Positions 9,318 to 18,164 of a DNA stretch of 64,000 nucleotides are shown here, one piece after another. The notes below the pieces were generated by a model. It ran no database searches. It was not told the origin of the DNA and saw nothing but the letters and a program-made list of their open reading frames with translations. How positions within the stretch are numbered: the first letter of the stretch is position 1; every line of letters starts with the position of its first letter. The stretch is taken from NCBI GenBank assembly GCA_965222225.1, contig CBDCTK010000002.1, forward strand, positions 5,056,850-5,120,849, given 5' to 3'. Position numbers and translations under genes: made by a program. Source of the stretch: Candidatus Poribacteria bacterium. Its GTDB lineage: Bacteria > Poribacteria > WGA-4E > JAJDTR01.

Positions 9318-9645
9318 GAGCCTGTCTGAAAAATGGTGGCAAAGCTATTTTCGATCGTTTTAGTGCCATGTATCTGTGGGATCCCTATCGCACGGGATTT
9401 TCTATCGCGCGCGCTATTCGCTTGCTTGATCGTTATCCACTCGTTTAATCCCCGCTGGAGCTTTGATTTTGTGGTGAATCCCAGTTACTATACACCTAGC
9501 GCTCCGCTGAGGCCTAGGCGTGCAGGGGTTCGGTGCTTCTATACATCTTTGAAGATTCCATGTGCCATTTGAGGATTACCAAGGGATTTCTACTGCGCTC
9601 ACTAGAAGATCCCTATCGTGGTCGCTATTCGCTTCCTTGATCTTT
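9318..9645. repeat. MITE-like left end plus REP cluster
   Basis: GAGCCTGTCTGAA matches the TIR of the 16711 MITE; contains GGGATTTTCTATCG..GCTATTCGCT..TTGATC units (9394, 9608) and a CTATACACC..CGCTCCGCTG unit (9488-9548). Confidence 0.55.
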
Positions 9646-9699
9646 CGCTTGATTCCTGAGAATCAGGTACGGCTGCCATGCTCTAGCACCTGTTTTGTA

Positions 9700-9728
9700 T
9701 TGACAAAACCGGATGGGGAAGCTATACT
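9700..9728 (+). promoter_or_regulatory. sigma70-type promoter of the amidohydrolase cluster
   Basis: TTGACA-17 nt-TATACT, about 60 nt upstream of ATG 9787. Confidence 0.7.
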
Positions 9729-9786
9729 AAATTTATTGAACGTAGATGAAATCTGATAAAGAAATTAGCGACTGAAAGGTAACTTC

Positions 9787-10872
9787 ATGGCAACGGCAAA
9801 TGGGAAGCCGGGCTTCATTCAGGCGGGTTGGCCTGTGATTGATTGTGACCTCCACAACCGATTACCGTCACTCGAAATGCTCTACCCGTACCTGCCAGAC
9901 TACTGGGTAGATCATTGCAGGGATTCGGGCTTCTATGGGCCTGATGCAAATGATTATCCGCTTGGCGCACCGACCTCAACGCGACCCGGAATTACGGAGC
10001 CTTCAGAAGACCGCCCCGCATCAGATTTGGCTCTCCTACGCGAACATGCCCTAGACGCCTGGGACGTAGATTGTGGCATACTTACCTGCGCATATCGCGT
10101 ACAGAGCGTACACAATGAAGACCTCGCAGCAGCGCTTGCCTCTGCGGTCAATGATTGGCAGATTGAACATTGGCTAAATCCTGAGCCGCGGCTCAAGGCT
10201 TCTCTGATTGTACCGAGCCAGAATCCGGAGCTGGCAGCGCGAGAAATCGATCGGTTGGGCAATCACCCGGGCTTTGTGCAGGTGATGCTGCCGGTGCGCT
10301 CGCAGGCGCCCTACGGCAACAGACGTTACCATCCTATTTATGCCGCCGCTTGTAGGCATGACCTTGTGGTCGGCATCCATTACGGCGGCGCACCCGGTTT
10401 GCCTCCAACCTCCGTTGGTTGGCCCTCAACCTATCTGGAAGAATATGTGGGCATGTCACAGGTGTTTCAAGCGCAGGTGCTCAGTTTGGTGTCGGAGGGA
10501 GCTTTTGACCAGTTCCCCGATTTGCGCGTGGCGTTGATTGAGGGAGGCTTCACATGGATGCCGTCGCTAATGTGGCGGTTTGACAAGGACTGGCGCGGCT
10601 TGCGACGGTTGACGCCGTGGGTCAAACGACTGCCATCCGAATATATCCGTGAACACATCCGCCTGACACTCCAGCCAATTGATTCGCCTCCAACCGCGGA
10701 ACAGTTGCTTCAGATTATCGGGCAGCTCGATTCGGAGGACCTATTGATGTTCTCGACAGACTACCCTCATTGGCACTTTGACGCTCCTGAAGAGGCCTTT
10801 CCGTCGAAGATACCCAAGACATTGGCTCGCAAGATTCTATCTGAAAATGCGAGGGAATTTTACCGGCTTTGA
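9787..10872 (+). CDS. amidohydrolase_2-fold protein (divergent paralog; AibH1-like candidate)
   Basis: IDCDLH, GIHYGG, LIEGG, FSTDYPHWHFD, ENAREFY. Confidence 0.85.
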   Translation: MATANGKPGFIQAGWPVIDCDLHNRLPSLEMLYPYLPDYWVDHCRDSGFYGPDANDYPLGAPTSTRPGITEPSEDRPASDLALLREHALDAWDVDCGILTCAYRVQSVHNEDLAAALASAVNDWQIEHWLNPEPRLKASLIVPSQNPELAAREIDRLGNHPGFVQVMLPVRSQAPYGNRRYHPIYAAACRHDLVVGIHYGGAPGLPPTSVGWPSTYLEEYVGMSQVFQAQVLSLVSEGAFDQFPDLRVALIEGGFTWMPSLMWRFDKDWRGLRRLTPWVKRLPSEYIREHIRLTLQPIDSPPTAEQLLQIIGQLDSEDLLMFSTDYPHWHFDAPEEAFPSKIPKTLARKILSENAREFYRL

Positions 10873-10983
10873 AAGCACTAAAGAGAAGTGACGCCGTTGC
10901 GGTTGTTAAGGTGAATCTGGTTAAGCATCTCAAATTAGGGTTTTTGTGGTTTGTTGATTTTTTTGCTGGGCAGGTATGTGGTT

Positions 10984-11729
10984 ATGAATCAGGAATTTGA
11001 AAAGAGTCCGAAACTTCAGAAGTGGCTGCATTGGATGGAGACGATTCGTAACGAGATTTCGGGGCTCCTTCGCGACGAAAGCATGTTTTTGGAAATCCAG
11101 GACATTATCCGTGAGAATCCACGGATGCGCAAACCTAATGTTTTCTATGGCTATCTTCGAAGGACATACCTTTCTCATGCACTAGCAGGATTACGTCGGC
11201 AAATCAAACCGCATAAAGATAGCATATCCTTAGTGGGACTGCTTGAGGAGTTTGCAAAGAACCCCGAAGAATTGTCTTTTAGGTATTATTGCTCCATCCT
11301 GTCTGAACCTGCTGCCGGCCAAGGGAGTCTATGACCAAAGAAGATTTCAAACAGTATGCAGACCCTAATGAACAGCATGTATGTCCAAAGATGATTGAGG
11401 CCGATTTGGGGAGTTTCAAATTTGCAATAGGAGTTGCTGAGGAGTATGTTGATAAACGTATTGCGCATTGGGATAAGAGCGAGCCAGAACTCGTACCAAC
11501 TTCCAGCGAAACCAGCCAGTGCTTTTATTTGCTCGAAATGGCGTACGTTAAATACCATCTACTGTTTTATGCGAAAAGGCTCGACACGTTGACGCCAATC
11601 TATCAACACAACTGGAAGGATATTTTCCTTGAACCGTGGATAAAAACTGGATTTGGGAGTGCAAAAGGACGCATTCATGTAGCTGAAGATTTTGACGCTG
11701 AATTACCTGAGTTCAGTGAGGACATATAA
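10984..11729 (+). pseudogene. split/frameshifted HEPN (AbiU2-like) gene
   Basis: Two ORFs (10984-11334, 11331-11729) with ATGA overlap; LRRQ..HKDSISLVGLL in part 1 and YVDKRIAH...KY..LF...PIYQHNWKDIF.EPW in part 2 look like halves of one AbiU2-type protein. Confidence 0.45.
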
Positions 11730-11750
11730 CGACTAACAACTGCTGAGAAA

Positions 11751-12842
11751 ATGGACACTGATGCCGTACAATTGAATACAACGCCAAAACGACGAAAGTT
11801 GCCAATCATCGATTGCGATGTACATAACACCCTAGCGTCAGATAAGGTGCTGTATCCCTATTTGTCAAAGCGGTGGCTTAGACATCACGAAATGCTGGAG
11901 ACGCCCGATAAAGTCGGGGGATATATTGCTCGCGGTATGCCGTACGGCGCCCGGAACGACGCATGGCCGCCCTCCGGGGAACGTCCGGGCTCCGACTTAA
12001 ACTTTCTTCGGGAACAGTTGCTAGACCTCTGGGATATTGAGGTCGGAATCCTGAATTGTCTTACCGCCGTGCCCGACATGCCCAATCTGGAGTACGCCGC
12101 AGCGTTCGCACGGGCGGTGAATGACTGGCAGATTGATAAGTGGCTGGAACCCGAACCGCGCCTGAGGGCGTCGATTACTGTTGTCTGCGATGATGGTGAA
12201 TTGGCGGCTGAGGAAATCAACCGACTAGGCGATAACCCCGGCTTTGTGCAGGTGTTGGTACTTGCGCGTACAATGGAGCCCTTGGGGCGCCGGAAATACT
12301 GGAAGATGTATGAGGCTGCGGGAGGTCACAATCTTCCGATTGGCATCCATTTCACCGGCGTTGGAGCGGGGCCAATCACTGCTGTCGGCAGTCCTTCACA
12401 CTACATCGAAGACCATACGGGGATGACGCAGGCGTTTCAGACGCAGGTCACGAGTTTGGTGTGCGAGGGCGTTTTCGAGCACTTCCCAACGCTCAAGATT
12501 GTTTTGATTGAAGCTGGCTTTGGTTGGTTGCCGCCACTGATGTGGCGACTTGACCGCGCCTGGAAGAAGTTGAGTGATGAAGTGCCATATTTAAGGCGGT
12601 TGCCATCGGAGTATATTCATGACCATTTCTGGATGACAACGCAGCCAGTGGAGGAACCGTCCAAACAGGAGTATTTTCAGCAGTTGATCGCTAACATCAA
12701 TGCAGATGAAAAACTGATGTTTGCTACTGACTACCCGCATTGGGATTTTGATTCACCGGAGTATGCCATTCCCAAGAACCTATCGCCGGATCTAAGATGG
12801 AAAATCATGGCGGAGAATGCTCGAAACTTCTATCGCTTTTGA
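11751..12842 (+). CDS. amidohydrolase_2-fold protein (AibH2/PtmU3-like candidate)
   Basis: IDCDVH, GIHFTG, LIEAG, FATDYPHWDFD. Confidence 0.85.
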   Translation: MDTDAVQLNTTPKRRKLPIIDCDVHNTLASDKVLYPYLSKRWLRHHEMLETPDKVGGYIARGMPYGARNDAWPPSGERPGSDLNFLREQLLDLWDIEVGILNCLTAVPDMPNLEYAAAFARAVNDWQIDKWLEPEPRLRASITVVCDDGELAAEEINRLGDNPGFVQVLVLARTMEPLGRRKYWKMYEAAGGHNLPIGIHFTGVGAGPITAVGSPSHYIEDHTGMTQAFQTQVTSLVCEGVFEHFPTLKIVLIEAGFGWLPPLMWRLDRAWKKLSDEVPYLRRLPSEYIHDHFWMTTQPVEEPSKQEYFQQLIANINADEKLMFATDYPHWDFDSPEYAIPKNLSPDLRWKIMAENARNFYRF

Positions 12843-12978
12843 TGACAATTATTTCCCATAATATCAGTACATCGCTCAACATGAATTGGCACACAGAGAC
12901 CAGATTAATGAGTTACTCGGCAGAAACTTTTCTCGTTTAAGTAGGTTGATTGAAGGTTGAACCAAGGAGGACAGAAAG

Positions 12979-14067
12979 ATGGCGGCAACTGAGACACACA
13001 CGAATCCATCGGCAACCCGACGGAAAATGCCCGTAATTGATTGTGACATTCACAATGCCGTACCTTCGCACAAGGCGCTGCACCCGTATATGTCAGAGCG
13101 TTGGCGAAGGCATCTTGAAATGGTGGGGACCCCCGCTCGAAATGGCTCTTATATCCCGCGTGGCGTGCCATACGCGGCTAGAAAGGATGCCTGGCCCCCT
13201 TCCGGCAAAGCGCCCGGTTCGGACCTGAAGTTCATGCAAGATCAGCTGCTTGACCACTGGAACATCGAATATGGGGTTCTAAACTGTTTAATCTTCCAAG
13301 ATATGCGCAGCGTGGAATTCAATGCCGCGCTGTCGCGCGCAGTTAACGACTGGCAAATCGAGGAATGGATCAAGCCCGACCCAAGGCTGAGAGCGTCAAT
13401 CTTGGTTCCGTTTGAAGATGGCGACCTGGCCGCGGATGAAATTGATCGGCTTGGAGCTCACCCGGGGTTTGTGCAAGTCCTACTCGTCGCTCGCACGATG
13501 GAACCCCTTGGAAGGCGCCGCTATTGGAAGATTTACGAGGCGGCGGTGCGACATGACCTTACGATTGGGATTCACTTCGGCGGCCTCGGTGTTGGTTCAA
13601 TCACCTCTGCAGGCAAACCTTCACACTACATTGAAGACCATGCGGGGATGTGCCAAGTGTTTCAGACGCAAGTGACCAGTTTAGTGTGCGAGGGGGTCTT
13701 CGAACACTTTCCTACGCTTAAGGTGGTGCTAATCGAAGGAGGATTTGCTTGGTTGCCACCACTGATGTGGCGGCTTGAGCGCTCTTGGAAAATGCTGAGG
13801 GAGGAAGTTCCGTATTTGAAACGCTCCCCGTCAGAATATATTCGTGAGCATTTCTGGCTAAGCACGCAGCCGATGGAAGAACCACCCAAGCAGGAATATT
13901 TTCAGCAGTTGCTTGAGCATATCAACGCCGATGAAAAATTGATGTTCGCAACAGACTATCCACACTGGGACTTTGATTCGCCGGGCCATGCGCTTCCCAA
14001 GAACCTAAACCCCAATTTGAGGCGGCGAATCATGGCTGAGAATGCTCGTGCCCTGTACCAATTCTAA
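12979..14067 (+). CDS. amidohydrolase_2-fold protein, close paralog of 11751-12842
   Basis: IDCDIH, GIHFGG, LIEGG, FATDYPHWDFD; long near-identical blocks shared with the preceding gene. Confidence 0.85.
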   Translation: MAATETHTNPSATRRKMPVIDCDIHNAVPSHKALHPYMSERWRRHLEMVGTPARNGSYIPRGVPYAARKDAWPPSGKAPGSDLKFMQDQLLDHWNIEYGVLNCLIFQDMRSVEFNAALSRAVNDWQIEEWIKPDPRLRASILVPFEDGDLAADEIDRLGAHPGFVQVLLVARTMEPLGRRRYWKIYEAAVRHDLTIGIHFGGLGVGSITSAGKPSHYIEDHAGMCQVFQTQVTSLVCEGVFEHFPTLKVVLIEGGFAWLPPLMWRLERSWKMLREEVPYLKRSPSEYIREHFWLSTQPMEEPPKQEYFQQLLEHINADEKLMFATDYPHWDFDSPGHALPKNLNPNLRRRIMAENARALYQF

Positions 14068-14189
14068 ATAAATCGATGCACCAGCCCTGAATGAAAAGTG
14101 TATATATGCCGATCTGGCACGTTGATTGTCGTTATCATGGCTGAGTCGCAAAATACTAAGCTCACTGGATTACACTAATAAACGCGCTT

Positions 14190-14642
14190 ATGGCAAAGCA
14201 TGTAGTTGCAACCGTTGACGAAATCCCGCCGGGTGAACGGAAGATTGTGGAGATTGACGGGAGAGTCGTCGGCGTTTTCAACATTGACGGCGAGTTTTAT
14301 GCACTTCGCAATAATTGTCCACATACCGGAGGGCCTCTCTGTGAGGGGCATCTCACTGGATTCCTGAAGTCTGACGTGCCGGGAGAATACGAATATGTTC
14401 GAAAAGGCGAAATCTTGCGGTGTCCTTGGCATGGCTGGGAATTTGATGTCAAAACGGGGCAATCCTGGTGGAGCCCGGCGAGAAGACGTGCGCGAAAATA
14501 CAAGGTCAGTGTTGAATCAGGACCGCCCCCTTGTAGCGAGGGTGCAGATAGTGAGGGTATAACACTTGAAAAGGGGCCATACGCGGCTGAAACCTATTCC
14601 GCCTCGGTTGACGAGAAGTATGTGGTGGTAGAGATCCCCTAA
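14190..14642 (+). CDS. Rieske [2Fe-2S] ferredoxin
   Basis: CPHTGGPL and CPWHGWEF ligand motifs; no catalytic domain. Confidence 0.9.
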   Translation: MAKHVVATVDEIPPGERKIVEIDGRVVGVFNIDGEFYALRNNCPHTGGPLCEGHLTGFLKSDVPGEYEYVRKGEILRCPWHGWEFDVKTGQSWWSPARRRARKYKVSVESGPPPCSEGADSEGITLEKGPYAAETYSASVDEKYVVVEIP

Positions 14643-14950
14643 ACAGCGGAGCGCACCATTATGCGCTCAGCGCAGTTTCGTTCGCTCTTTGATGGGGTGA
14701 TAGTCGAAAAGCCAACACCTACCCCAGCGGAAAGAGATTATCAGACAGGCACCGGAGCGCAATAATCGGCGCACGCTCCGATTGTTCGGTGTTGATGATT
14801 TGCTTTTCAGTGTTTCCTACTTGTCTATAGTCATTTACATTCATATTTACACATATTGCGGTATACAGGCAAGTGAACGGCTAGTCGGACGCGAGATGAA
14901 AAGAACGGAAATGTTCGATTTGACGACAGAAGATTGTTACAACAAACCCA

Positions 14951-15110
14951 CTGTAGGAGATCAAGCGAACGAATAGTGAGTGCGATAGAGATCTTCTCGA
15001 GGTCGCGACTTCTTATCGCGAGCAGAGCTCGCTCCTACAGGAGACGCACAATAAAGGGATTTCTATCGTCCTCGCTGTTCGCTCGGTTAATCTATTCGCT
15101 CCATTGATCG
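14951..15110. repeat. GTAG-type REP / REPIN-like composite
   Basis: CTGTAGGAG (14951) / CTCCTACAG (15032-15040) inverted ends; GTAGGAGCGAGCTCTGCTCGCGA palindrome on -; GGGATTTCTATCG family copies at 14959-14993 (-) and 15056 (+). Confidence 0.7.
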
Positions 15111-15371
15111 TTCGGTTGATCGCTACTACAAACCGCACAACGTATGTCCCGATTGTATAATTCTTAGTTGCAATGACTATAATTCGTAAAAAGAGATACC
15201 GATGTAGGAAGCAATACATATGTAGGAAATTACGATTGTCATTCCCTACGAGAGCCCCAATCATAAGGTTATCCCAGAGAATTGTCACTTCTGCTTTTTG
15301 CGCAGGTCTTGTTGTAAATGCAAGGGCAGATGTCGTCTTTATACCATTGAACAGTGAGTAGGTTAGAGTCT

Positions 15372-16460
15372 ATGAAAGCTGCCGTGTTGTATGATGTCCA
15401 CACACCTTTGAAAATTGAGGAGTTTGATGCGCCTGAGGTGACTCAAGGTATGGTCGGGGTAAGATTGTGCGCTAGCGGTGTGTGTCATTCCGATTGGCAT
15501 GTCGTCAAGGGTGATTGGCCATTTATCCAGCTTCCGGTTATTCTCGGTCACGAGGGAGCGGGCATCGTTGAAGAGGTCGGCAACGGCGTGACGGGTGTCG
15601 CTGAAGGAGACCATGTTATTCTGGCTTGGAAACGGAGCTGCGGCTACTGCGAAATGTGCCAAGAGGGTTTTTCAAATCTCTGCAGCGTTGATCCGGATAA
15701 TAGCCGCCGTCCACAGTTTAAAGGGCGCGACGAAACCGTGAGCAAGTTGGCGGGATTAGGCACGTTTAGCACTTACACTGTCGTGCCTCAGGATGTGGTT
15801 GTTCCCATAGCTAAAGATTGCCCTCTAGCACAGGCAGCATTGATTGGTTGCGGCGTTATGACGGGTGTCGGCGCTGTTATCAATACGGCTAAGGTACCAC
15901 CGGGAAAATCAGTAGCCATCTTCGGCTGCGGAGGAGTGGGATTAAATTGCATTCAAGGCGCTGTCTTGGCGAATGCGGAGCCAATCATCGCTGTCGACAT
16001 TCTCGACAACAAGCTGACGATGGCAAAAGAGTTTGGAGCGACCCACACCATAAATTCGTCCAGAGAAAATCCCGTTGAGCGTATCAAGGAAATCACAGGT
16101 GGTCCCGGTGCCCACTATGCGTTCGAGGCAATCGGTCTGACAGGCAAACCGTTCTTGCAGACAATTCAGTGTACTCGACGCCGTGGTGTAACCGTCTTTA
16201 TCGGACATGCCCCTGTGGACACTCCAGTTGAGATTGATGCGCGCATATTGATGTTTGAGAAGTCCGTGATTGGCTCCTACTACGGTACAGCACGCACCCA
16301 TGTGGACTTTAATCGGCTGCTTAGCTTGTACCGAGCAGGGAAACTCAAACTGGATGAACTGGTCACGCGAACCTATCCGCTGGAGGGGATTAACGACGCT
16401 TTTGATGCCCTCGAAAAGGGAGAGGTGGCACGGAGTGTGTTAGATTTGTCGCAGGCATAA
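15372..16460 (+). CDS. Zn-dependent alcohol dehydrogenase (class III-like)
   Basis: GVCHSD, GHEG, CGYCEMC...C, GCGVMTG, GCGGVG. Confidence 0.9.
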   Translation: MKAAVLYDVHTPLKIEEFDAPEVTQGMVGVRLCASGVCHSDWHVVKGDWPFIQLPVILGHEGAGIVEEVGNGVTGVAEGDHVILAWKRSCGYCEMCQEGFSNLCSVDPDNSRRPQFKGRDETVSKLAGLGTFSTYTVVPQDVVVPIAKDCPLAQAALIGCGVMTGVGAVINTAKVPPGKSVAIFGCGGVGLNCIQGAVLANAEPIIAVDILDNKLTMAKEFGATHTINSSRENPVERIKEITGGPGAHYAFEAIGLTGKPFLQTIQCTRRRGVTVFIGHAPVDTPVEIDARILMFEKSVIGSYYGTARTHVDFNRLLSLYRAGKLKLDELVTRTYPLEGINDAFDALEKGEVARSVLDLSQA

Positions 16461-16524
16461 GGTTAAACGTTAAGTTGAATCTATTGTAGAGCTTCAGATA
16501 AACGTAGTCAATAAATTCTCCGAA

Positions 16525-16568
16525 TGGCTTGAATCCGTGCACTATGTGGGTTCAAGCCGTTTTTCTTT
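16525..16568 (+). terminator. intrinsic terminator after the ADH gene
   Basis: GGCTTGAA(T)CC...GG(G)TTCAAGCC stem followed by GTTTTTCTTT. Confidence 0.6.
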
Positions 16569-16710
16569 GCGTCAGATTTCATCAATGCTTCCGTGGGAGC
16601 ATGCAAAGATTATCAGTCAATAAAAGGGTTAAAAACGCTGTCACCCCTGTGACATTGCCATATCCCTTGGTTAGTTTTCGAAGGTTTTCCGGCACATTGA
16701 GAACCTGTAA

Positions 16711-16956
16711 GAACCTGTTTGAATAATCGATAGGAAAGCCATTTTTGGTCATTTGTGGGAAGTTCTTCCATGTCTTAATTGTTGCCTGCTACGTACCTGT
16801 CGCCCCGCTGGGGCTTAGGTGCACGGGGTTTTGGCGTTTCTATACACCTTCATGGATCTCTATCGCAGTCGCTATTCGCTCCCTTGATCCCACTCTGGGG
16901 CTTTTAGAGGCTGGTGCGCAGTGCGCACCCTACAAATGTACTTTTCAAACAGGCTC
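16711..16956. mobile_element. 246-bp non-autonomous MITE (IS5/PIF-like)
   Basis: 13-bp TIRs GAACCTGTTTGAA / TTCAAACAGGCTC (12/13 match); TAA on both flanks (16708-16710, 16957-16959); no transposase. Confidence 0.65.
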
Positions 16957-16994
16957 TAAACCTATTTTGAATTGGTGCATTACGAAGGGTATTT

Positions 16995-18146
16995 ATGCGT
17001 TATTGGAACCGTGATTTTCGTCTGTTGGCTTGTGGTGTCTTTGGCGTAGGCGCATTTTTCGGAATCCTAAATCCACTCTTTAACAACTTCATCGTAGACC
17101 AGATTGGAATCCAGCCTCATGAATTGGGCTACATGGAATCGTTGCGAGAGGTGCCCGGATTTCTCAACGCTCTCTTCACCGCTATAATCATCTACCTGGC
17201 GCCGCCCATTGTTGGCGGTTTGGCTCTGATTGTGATGGGGATTGGCATGGCAGCCTATTCTCAAGTCAACAGTTTTTCCGGAATCGTTGTTTTATCGTTC
17301 GTATGGAGCATCGGATTTCATGCGTGGTTGCCGTTGCGGTCAGCCATGACGCTCGACTATTCAACCGGCGAAGAGAAAGGAAAATGGTTTGGGCAGTTGC
17401 GGAGTGTGGAAAGTTTTGCTACGTTGGCGATGATTGGATTGTGTTTGTTCGCAACAGATCTGTTTGAATTTGGAGGGTTCTTCCAGATAGGAGGTGATAT
17501 CGTTGCTGTCGGAGGCATCGCACTGCTTTTCGCGTCTCGGCGGTTACAGACCGAGCGCGAAAACAGATTTGTACTCCGAAAAAAGTATTGGCTTTACTAC
17601 CTGCTTTCCTTACTGGATGGAAGTCGGCGACAGATTTTTACGACGTTCGCAATTTTTGCACTCGTCAAGGTGTTCGGTACCGATCGAGGCGTCATTATCA
17701 AACTCGTTCTAATCAATCAAGTGGTCGTTCTGCTCTTCTCGCCCACAATCGGCAGACTGGTGGACAAGTTGGGTGAGCGAACCATATTGAGCATTAGCTA
17801 TGTGGGATTATTCTTCGTGTTCATCGGTTACGCAACACTTAGAAACGTTACGCATCTGTATGTGCTCTACTGCATCGATAATTTCCTGTTTGTTGGTCGG
17901 ATTGCTTTTATGACCTACTTGAATAAGATTACGCCGCCGCAAGATCTCAAGCCAACGCTCGCCATGGGCGTGACCATGAATCACGTCGCGGCGGTGAGTG
18001 TTCCGCTCATCGGAGGTCTGGCGTGGGAGTCATTTGGCTATCAAATTATCTTCATTGGCGGCGCCGTTTTTACTTTGATTTCGCTAATTTGTACGCAGTG
18101 GATGCGGGCAGGAGGAGGGCCTAGGAAGTTGGATCGGTCTAAGTAA
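16995..18146 (+). CDS. MFS transporter
   Basis: About 12 hydrophobic segments; GRLVDKLGER MFS motif A in the C-terminal half. Confidence 0.85.
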   Translation: MRYWNRDFRLLACGVFGVGAFFGILNPLFNNFIVDQIGIQPHELGYMESLREVPGFLNALFTAIIIYLAPPIVGGLALIVMGIGMAAYSQVNSFSGIVVLSFVWSIGFHAWLPLRSAMTLDYSTGEEKGKWFGQLRSVESFATLAMIGLCLFATDLFEFGGFFQIGGDIVAVGGIALLFASRRLQTERENRFVLRKKYWLYYLLSLLDGSRRQIFTTFAIFALVKVFGTDRGVIIKLVLINQVVVLLFSPTIGRLVDKLGERTILSISYVGLFFVFIGYATLRNVTHLYVLYCIDNFLFVGRIAFMTYLNKITPPQDLKPTLAMGVTMNHVAAVSVPLIGGLAWESFGYQIIFIGGAVFTLISLICTQWMRAGGGPRKLDRSK

Positions 18147-18164
18147 CCCAATCGGTTTGTTGTC

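Noticed and set aside
11325-11335. AGTCTATGAC match to the repeat's left half at the HEPN split point
   Set aside because: Only 10 bp with no right half; plausible by chance in 64 kb.
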